Shown here piece by piece: positions 57,519-64,000 of a DNA stretch of 64,000 nucleotides. Below the pieces are notes generated by a model, which worked only from the letters and a program-made list of their open reading frames with translations, was not told the origin of the DNA and did no database searches. Position 1 is the first letter of the stretch; each line of letters opens with the position of its first letter. Position numbers and translations under genes: made by a program. Origin of the DNA: an uncultured Nitrospiraceae bacterium (GTDB lineage Bacteria; Nitrospirota; Thermodesulfovibrionia; Thermodesulfovibrionales; Dissulfurispiraceae); the NCBI GenBank assembly GCA_963727805.1, contig CAVSHF010000003.1:864001-928000 (forward strand), read 5' to 3'.

Positions 57519-57965
57519 GTGCGCATCAGAATGAACTTAAATATAACAATGCAAGCACTTGCGTTCTCAGTTTATATTCTTTTTGTGGCGGTTTTTTTTA
57601 TTCCGTCGGTTACGGCTCAAATCGACAATGCGTCCAACATCAACAAATCCCCCGAGGAAATAGTATCCCAGCTGAGGGAGCGACTTCACCTAACTGAAGA
57701 GCAGACAACAATGATTCGTCCTATCATCGAGGAAAGTTACACCAAACGTCGCGATATTTTCAATAGCAATGCAGATGGGAAAGCAATGAAAAGTGCTTTA
57801 CAGCAGGTTCAGTGGACAACCGATATTAAACTTGGGCAGATTCTGACAAAAGAACAGATGGAATCATATCAAAACCTCTCCGAAGAACAGAGGGATAAGA
57901 CACAGAGCAATGATACGCACCGAGGCCGGGGTGGCGAGCGTGGCGGAGGAATGCGAAGCTTTTAG
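57519..57965 (+). CDS. Exported LTxxQ-motif protein
   Basis: Signal peptide; LHLTEEQ and ILTKEQ; Gly/Arg tail. Confidence 0.75.
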   Translation: MRIRMNLNITMQALAFSVYILFVAVFFIPSVTAQIDNASNINKSPEEIVSQLRERLHLTEEQTTMIRPIIEESYTKRRDIFNSNADGKAMKSALQQVQWTTDIKLGQILTKEQMESYQNLSEEQRDKTQSNDTHRGRGGERGGGMRSF

Positions 57966-58052
57966 CTACTGCGACTGTTACGCACGAAATCTGTTGTGTA
58001 AATATATCTGCAGGAGCAGCGTCATAAACAACTATAATTGTGAGGGCAGATC

Positions 58053-58703
58053 ATGTTCAGGATTATAGTCAACGTCTCTATATTGACTATCGTTGCCATT
58101 TACGTGACATCAACGAACGTGTCAGCACAAATGGCCAGTAAAGTGTTCGGCACACAATATATACAAATCGCTTCCTTAAGCGATTCGGCGTTGGTATCTC
58201 ATTCAGTCCCAGACGGCGATAGATCGTGGACGAATAAGCCATTGTTAGCGAAAGATTACAATGAACAGGGCGTCACATATTCGAAACAAGGTCAATATGA
58301 CCTTGCAATTTTGGAATTCAATAAAGCCCTTGAGATTGACCCTACGTTAACGGATGCCTACAATAATCGAGGCATTACTTATTCAAAAAAAGGCCAATAT
58401 GATTCGGCCATTTCTGATTTCTCAAAGGCCTTGGAGATAGAGCCCAAAGATACCAAAGTCCTTTATAATCGTGGCATTACTCATGCAATAGAGGGTCAGT
58501 TTGACCTTGCCCTGTCTGATCTAAGCAAATGTCTGGAACTTTCTCCAAACAATGCCGATGCCTATGACTTCAGAGGCATTATATATGAAGGGTTGGCATG
58601 TTTAGATTGGGTACAAGCCTGTAAATTCGGGCATTGCGACAAGTTAAATGATGCTAAGAGAGGGGGGCTTTGCTCTGACCTTAGCACAATAAATAATATG
58701 TGA
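58053..58703 (+). CDS. Exported tetratricopeptide-repeat protein
   Basis: Repeated YNNRG..Y...GQYD.AI.DF.KALEI.P. Confidence 0.9.
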   Translation: MFRIIVNVSILTIVAIYVTSTNVSAQMASKVFGTQYIQIASLSDSALVSHSVPDGDRSWTNKPLLAKDYNEQGVTYSKQGQYDLAILEFNKALEIDPTLTDAYNNRGITYSKKGQYDSAISDFSKALEIEPKDTKVLYNRGITHAIEGQFDLALSDLSKCLELSPNNADAYDFRGIIYEGLACLDWVQACKFGHCDKLNDAKRGGLCSDLSTINNM

Positions 58704-59012
58704 TGATCGTAAACTTGATTGTAGTAACCACAGCTACAGCAACACTTTTTTGATGGATTCTTTTATACCTTCATACAAGGCCTCGGTATAGAATAATAAG
58801 GAGGCAGTGAATCAAGGAAATAATCAGGAGTGACTGTAAATACATCTACGCAGCAACTGCACAATTTTTGGTTAATGCTGAAGTGAGGACGAGATACATT
58901 CCTGAACAAAAGAGAAAATCGTTGATAAAATAATATTAATGACAAGCAATTGAGATCCAACGATGGGGTGGCATATAAATAAACGAAACGTTCCACGCAA
59001 AGGAGGTTGGAA

Positions 59013-59411
59013 ATGAAAAAGGGGTTTGCTGTTGTTGTTATTGCTGTCTTGGTCCTGCTTTCAGTAAGTATGCTATCTGGAGATGCAGCCGCACGAGTCT
59101 TTGTCAGAGGAGGTGTATGGATTGGTCCTGGATGGGGTCCATGGTGGGGTCCTTCCTATTATCCCTACTATCCTTACAATCCGTACTATGAAGCTCCACC
59201 CGTTGTCATCCAGCAGCGGCCGACATATAGCGAGCCAACACCACAACCAGAGGAGCAGAGTTACTGGTATTTTTGCACGAAGCCACAAGGCTACTATCCA
59301 TACGTAAAAAAGTGTCCTGGCGGTTGGCTGAAGGTAGTTCCTCCTTCTGCTCCACCCGATCAGAGGATGGATAATACACCGTATCCGGATTTGCCGGATC
59401 AGAGGAGGTGA
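59013..59411 (+). CDS. Exported Pro/Tyr-rich protein
   Basis: Signal peptide; YWYFC...GYYPYVKKCPGGWLKV. Confidence 0.8.
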   Translation: MKKGFAVVVIAVLVLLSVSMLSGDAAARVFVRGGVWIGPGWGPWWGPSYYPYYPYNPYYEAPPVVIQQRPTYSEPTPQPEEQSYWYFCTKPQGYYPYVKKCPGGWLKVVPPSAPPDQRMDNTPYPDLPDQRR

Positions 59412-59415
59412 AGAC

Positions 59416-59979
59416 ATGATGAAGCGCAGAGGAAGTGTCTTTTCATTTTTTATGGTCTTACTTGTGCTGCTGACGATAGGCGGGTGTGCGACCGTCCCAC
59501 CTGGTCCCAGCGTAATGTCATTACCACCCCCAGGGAAACCGTTTGAGGAATTCCAGGCCGATGACGCCACTTGCAGGCAGTGGGCAGCACAACAGATTGG
59601 ACAGAGTCCGCAGGAGACGGTCACCCAGAATACCGCCACAGGGGCAGTTGTTGGTACGGCCATCGGCGCTGGTCTCGGTGCCGCCATCGGGGCTGCGTCG
59701 GGACATATGGGGACTGGCGCAGCCATCGGAGCTGGGAGTGGACTTCTCGTTGGAACAGCGTCAGGAGCCAATGCGGGGCAAGTATACGGCCGGGAGGCGC
59801 AACGCCGATATGATAACGCATATATTCAATGCATGTATGCCAAGGGGAACCAGGTGCCCGGAGCGGGACCGACTTATCAGTCTCGCCGCGTCCGGAGAAT
59901 TCCGCCACCTCCACCCCCAGATCTCGGCTCTGAGCCTCCAATCTATGAGGCTCCTCCTGCGCTGCCTCCAATGCAATAG
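59416..59979 (+). CDS. Glycine-zipper lipoprotein
   Basis: Lipobox GGC; GAxxG repeats; YIQCMYAKG. Confidence 0.85.
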   Translation: MMKRRGSVFSFFMVLLVLLTIGGCATVPPGPSVMSLPPPGKPFEEFQADDATCRQWAAQQIGQSPQETVTQNTATGAVVGTAIGAGLGAAIGAASGHMGTGAAIGAGSGLLVGTASGANAGQVYGREAQRRYDNAYIQCMYAKGNQVPGAGPTYQSRRVRRIPPPPPPDLGSEPPIYEAPPALPPMQ

Positions 59980-60333
59980 CGGGGCTTGACGAGCGGAGTT
60001 TGTGGATTATTGCATGACAAGGAAGGACAGGGCGAATATCCTGTACTGCACCGGCTGGATGCTATCGAACACAAGAAAGCGATTTGACAGGGTGCACTGT
60101 AATCTTCCATCCACCGATTGTGACTGTCAAGCAGCGGGGAGGGCTGAGGCCCTTCCCGCTTTGCATAATATATATTTTTTTTAACTTGGCATATTTGCCC
60201 ATAACGGAGTGAAGAATGACCGGATTCTGCAAGGACAGGTCATATGTTTGACAATGGAGACTGACTCTTGTATGGAGTGCAAAATCAAGAGAAATCCAAT
60301 GCTTTGTCGTTCCGTTTATCTCCTAAAGCGCAG

Positions 60334-61386
60334 TCATTGAGCACTTACCTTGGCCACTTCTTTTTGGAGATTGCCAGCCCTAACCCCGATGAGCCGGACC
60401 TTTTTATTCTTGAGCTCCACACGCCCCAGGCATTCGAAAGCGGCTTTCCGTATTCCCTCGATGGAATCCACAGCACAGTCGAGAGTTTTTGCCCTGGTCA
60501 CTGTTTTGAAGTTGTCGTACCTGACTTTGACAGTAATGGTCTTTCCCTTGTGTCCCGTCCGCAACAAATCTTTTGAAACTTCACGGCAAAGTTGAGCCAG
60601 ATTTTTAGCGATCTCCTGCCAGTTGTCGATGTCTGCCTGGAATGTCGTTTCCCTGCTTGATGATTTCGGCTCCCAGTGGGTGATCACAGGGCTTTCGTCG
60701 ATCCCGCGTGACGCATTGTAAAGATAGTTTCCGTATGAAATACCGAATTCTTCCACGAGCTTGTCAAGCGCAACGGCGGCAAGCTCTCCGATCGTGTTGA
60801 CGTTGATCCCTTTGAGATGGGCTTCCGTCTTGGGACCAACTCCCCAGAGCTTTCTTACTGGAAGCCGCCATATCTTGGTCTCGATGTCTGCCGGGGTGAT
60901 AATCGTGAGCCAATCTGGCTTATGCATGTCTGAAGCGATTTTGGCCAGGAGCTTATTAGTTGCAATGCCTATCGAGCAAGACAGGTTCGTAGCCTCGCGG
61001 ATCTTCCCCTTGATCTCATGTGCTATCTCTTCAGACGACGCATGCAGTTCCGAAATATCGAGAAATGCTTCATCAATGCCGACATCTTCAAGATACGGCG
61101 TAAACTCCCGGAGTATCGCCTTAAAGATATGCGAGACCCGCACATATTCTTCATAATCGACAGGCAGAAAGATAGCGTCGGGGCAGAGCTTATACGCAGT
61201 CCGAAGCGGCATTGCAGAATGAATACCGTATTTCCTCGCTTCGTACGAAGCGGTTGAAACAACTCCTCGTTTCGTGGGATCGCCTGATCCGCCTATAACG
61301 ACAGGTTTCCCTATCAGACTGGGATTTCGCTGCTGTTCGACAGCGGCAAAAAAGGCATCCATGTCCATATGCAATATCCGTCTCAT
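60334..61386 (-). CDS. dinB: DNA polymerase IV
   Basis: HMDMDAFFAAVE, SYEARKYG, IDEAFLD, VRLIGV. Confidence 0.95.
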   Translation of the reverse strand: MRRILHMDMDAFFAAVEQQRNPSLIGKPVVIGGSGDPTKRGVVSTASYEARKYGIHSAMPLRTAYKLCPDAIFLPVDYEEYVRVSHIFKAILREFTPYLEDVGIDEAFLDISELHASSEEIAHEIKGKIREATNLSCSIGIATNKLLAKIASDMHKPDWLTIITPADIETKIWRLPVRKLWGVGPKTEAHLKGINVNTIGELAAVALDKLVEEFGISYGNYLYNASRGIDESPVITHWEPKSSSRETTFQADIDNWQEIAKNLAQLCREVSKDLLRTGHKGKTITVKVRYDNFKTVTRAKTLDCAVDSIEGIRKAAFECLGRVELKNKKVRLIGVRAGNLQKEVAKVSAQ

Positions 61387-61580
61387 ACACCATTTATTGT
61401 ACTCCGCGCATTAAAACACGACAAGGCTGGTCAGAACTTTCTATTCCTCCCGTTTCTGTAGGTCCTACCTTGATAACACGGATGATTCCGGAAAGTGCAT
61501 ACGGTTTCTGGAAAGTTACTGCTTTGTCAAAGTCAAGCCAGAAGACGGCCCGGTGCGTCAATTAGAAGTCAATTAGAATG

Positions 61581-62603
61581 TCATCTTACATTAAGATTTG
61601 TCGGTGGTGAAGGTCTTACCGGAGTTATCTGTTTTGCCTGCCCGGAATCGGAATTTATAATTAATGAAGACTCATCTATAGCCTCAAATGAGGAACCCGT
61701 GACGCGCCCCAGTTCGTGGAGCACGTCATTGTTCCATCCGGGATCTGGCGCTCCCGATATATACCACGATGACCCATTGTCAGCTAAGATCATCCCGTAC
61801 TTTTTGAGTGCCGTGAGGATGACTTGCGTATCCTTTGAAAAACCGGACATGTCAAAATTCGCCTTCAACCGAAACCGCTGACCCATCGGAGGATATTGCT
61901 GCCCTGTCAGACTTGATGCTTGATGACGGGCAGGCCACATGAATGCATTACGAGTCTGGGGTACTGTAAAACGCACGGCATGCTTTATCTCACCGGCTAC
62001 CACTTCGTCATACCTCACCAATCCAGGCAGGATAGAAAGTCCGGCCGCGTCGGCAGAAGTCCAGGTTGAAGGGCGTAGGGCATTGGAGCTTAGGTTGAAG
62101 ATGGCTCCCGAGCCCGCCTGCCATGTGCCATCTGCCTGTGGGTAGGCTGAATAGAGCTCATAGAGAATGCAATGATCTTTGTCCACGACCAGAACATGCC
62201 TGTCCCCGGTAGACTGAGGACCTCCTTCGATCGGCGCATCAGGCGGGATCGGGTACGGACCCGGATCACTTTCGTCGGCGTAGCCAAAAGCTATGACTAC
62301 TTTTGGCTGTGTACCGTCTACTACAGTATATGGAATACCAATGGGACCGCCATTCCATAATCCTGACCCGAAATCTGCATGGAGGCCGCTGTTTGCTCCG
62401 ATGGTTGTAATATAGTTTTGCGAATTAGCATCAACCGGCAAGGTGTCAACAGGCGTATTCCATACATTGTCAGCTGGGAAGACAAGACATCCTGCAACGG
62501 ATGGGGATGCGAAGGCATCGGCAACAAACGCGAACGGAACTAGCGCAATTATGATAACAGAGCGAATATCTTTGATGGATTTGAACGCATGTGAGATGTT
62601 CAT
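61581..62603 (-). CDS. Secreted hypothetical protein
   Basis: Signal peptide; FPADNVWN, GDRH, WTSADAAGL, YGMILADNG. Confidence 0.8.
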   Translation of the reverse strand: MNISHAFKSIKDIRSVIIIALVPFAFVADAFASPSVAGCLVFPADNVWNTPVDTLPVDANSQNYITTIGANSGLHADFGSGLWNGGPIGIPYTVVDGTQPKVVIAFGYADESDPGPYPIPPDAPIEGGPQSTGDRHVLVVDKDHCILYELYSAYPQADGTWQAGSGAIFNLSSNALRPSTWTSADAAGLSILPGLVRYDEVVAGEIKHAVRFTVPQTRNAFMWPARHQASSLTGQQYPPMGQRFRLKANFDMSGFSKDTQVILTALKKYGMILADNGSSWYISGAPDPGWNNDVLHELGRVTGSSFEAIDESSLIINSDSGQAKQITPVRPSPPTNLNVR

Positions 62604-62831
62604 TCGGCCTCCTAATCATTATATCGGTGGTTATGCTGCATAACATAATAATCTCACAATCACAGATTTCAAGGGGTGACAGGCATCACAATATTGAAGT
62701 ATCTTCAGTTCGAATAAATTACGGCACCCATCCTCAGTGAACGTATGAATTGAGAATCATGATCCCATCAAAACAATGACAGTGTTCGTTCGGATGCCAA
62801 CTATGAATCACTCGACAAGAAAAGCTTTTTG

Positions 62832-63827
62832 CTATTTTTTGACGTGAACTATTGCGACCCTATTCTGCCCGCTACAAGCTAGGTACAAATCCCCTTCCTC
62901 GGTCGCCACCATATTCCGAACCACCCCGCCCCCTGAGGGAATTGTCCATGTTGAAAAAGATTCCACCTTAGGGTCAAATCTCACGACTGTGTTGGGCGTA
63001 ACACCAGACTCACTATACCATATTATACCGTCCTGTGTAGCTGTGATAGCATAAGGTTTTGACTTAGCTCCGCCCGGTGACCTCCATTCCCTGATCTTCC
63101 TGCTGCCAGGATTCAGACTGCCAAGAATTCCGCGTGCATAATCGGTATAGTAAATTAAGTCATCAGGTGCAACCACAATCCGTCTTGGCCGCGCTCCTTC
63201 CGGCAGCATATATTCTGATATGTCGAACGTGTCGGGATTGATTTCCGCGATTTTGTTGGTCCCAAACTCACAAAAAAAAGGGTTCTGTTTTGAATTTAGG
63301 GCAATACCGTAGGGCAGTGAGTTTGGAGACGGTGAATGTTTCAACTGGATGCGTCCGGTGATGGGATCTAAACGACCAACGAAATTACCTCGTTGCACCG
63401 TAAACCAAATTATACCTTTTTTGTCGATAACCAGAGAATGAGGATCGCTGGCCGATCTGTCAGGCAACGGATATTCTTTCACCTCACCCGTTGCCGGATT
63501 GAGCTTCCCGATATAGCCCTTATAATTTGCAGTAAACCAGATGATGCCATCTTTATCGGCTGCCAAGCCATGAGGCCCCGAGTCAGGAGTCAGCAAGTGA
63601 TACTCTTTTATCGTTCCTATCTTAGAATCGAGTCGACCGAGGGTATTGGCCATGATGCCCGTATACCAAAGGGCTCCATCGGGAGCTACAGCAGGATCGT
63701 GAGGGAATGTGTTCGCCGAAGGAACAGTCCATTCTTTAAAGGTCACTTCATGAGAGGCCGCAAAAACTAGTGAGACAGAAACTAATATTATTACAATAAT
63801 GGACAATAACCCCTTGAATTCCATCAA
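62832..63827 (-). CDS. Vgb (virginiamycin B lyase)-like beta-propeller protein, exported
   Basis: Repeated PH.....DG.IWFT....IG.L.P.TG blades; signal peptide. Confidence 0.85.
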   Translation of the reverse strand: MMEFKGLLSIIVIILVSVSLVFAASHEVTFKEWTVPSANTFPHDPAVAPDGALWYTGIMANTLGRLDSKIGTIKEYHLLTPDSGPHGLAADKDGIIWFTANYKGYIGKLNPATGEVKEYPLPDRSASDPHSLVIDKKGIIWFTVQRGNFVGRLDPITGRIQLKHSPSPNSLPYGIALNSKQNPFFCEFGTNKIAEINPDTFDISEYMLPEGARPRRIVVAPDDLIYYTDYARGILGSLNPGSRKIREWRSPGGAKSKPYAITATQDGIIWYSESGVTPNTVVRFDPKVESFSTWTIPSGGGVVRNMVATEEGDLYLACSGQNRVAIVHVKK

Positions 63828-64000
63828 GTTAACCCTCCTGCGCTATCGCCTTTAATACTCGCAGATAATTTCTGATCCGTTTGGCATTGGTCCCAATATC
63901 GCTTACTCCGACCCTTGAAACGGAACGCACATCAATGCGGCTGCCTTTTGCATCCGGAGAGATACGTATTGCTACATCGTCTTTAAACCCAAACCAAAAC

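Noticed and set aside
61387..61450. LexA/SOS box upstream of dinB
   Set aside because: No recognisable palindrome
62832..63827. Streptogramin resistance gene
   Set aside because: Vgb-like propellers are widespread and this one is exported; resistance cannot be inferred from sequence

Overview
Bacterial accessory region, about 47% GC by eye. Gene content suggests an anaerobic diderm such as Nitrospirota or Desulfobacterota (inference only). It is dominated by signal transduction: about 8 histidine kinases or hybrids with PAS/GAF domains, several single-domain response regulators, an NtrC-type sigma54 activator, CheW, an HD-GYP protein, a PilZ protein, an MshEN-PilB ATPase and an ECF sigma/anti-sigma module. 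Mobile DNA is dense: two identical-looking IS4 copies, two IS1380 copies, an IS3, an IS110 with a readable bridge-RNA region, a tyrosine-recombinase + IS91(Y2) transposase unit, a complete ORF-less group II intron with intact EBS1/IBS1 pairing, and remnants of IS200/605-tnpB, IS21-like and other elements. A bacteriohemerythrin gene is split by two different IS elements. The best candidates for new biology are (i) a FadL + SAM-methyltransferase + V4R/GAF/HD-GYP + PilZ/acyltransferase-like cassette bracketed by two tnpB right-end remnants (a putative lipid-signal/c-di-GMP circuit), (ii) the integrase-IS91 unit with inverted ends and an attC-like hairpin, (iii) the ORF-less intron, and (iv) the IS110 bridge RNA. 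All calls are by eye; no database searches were run.
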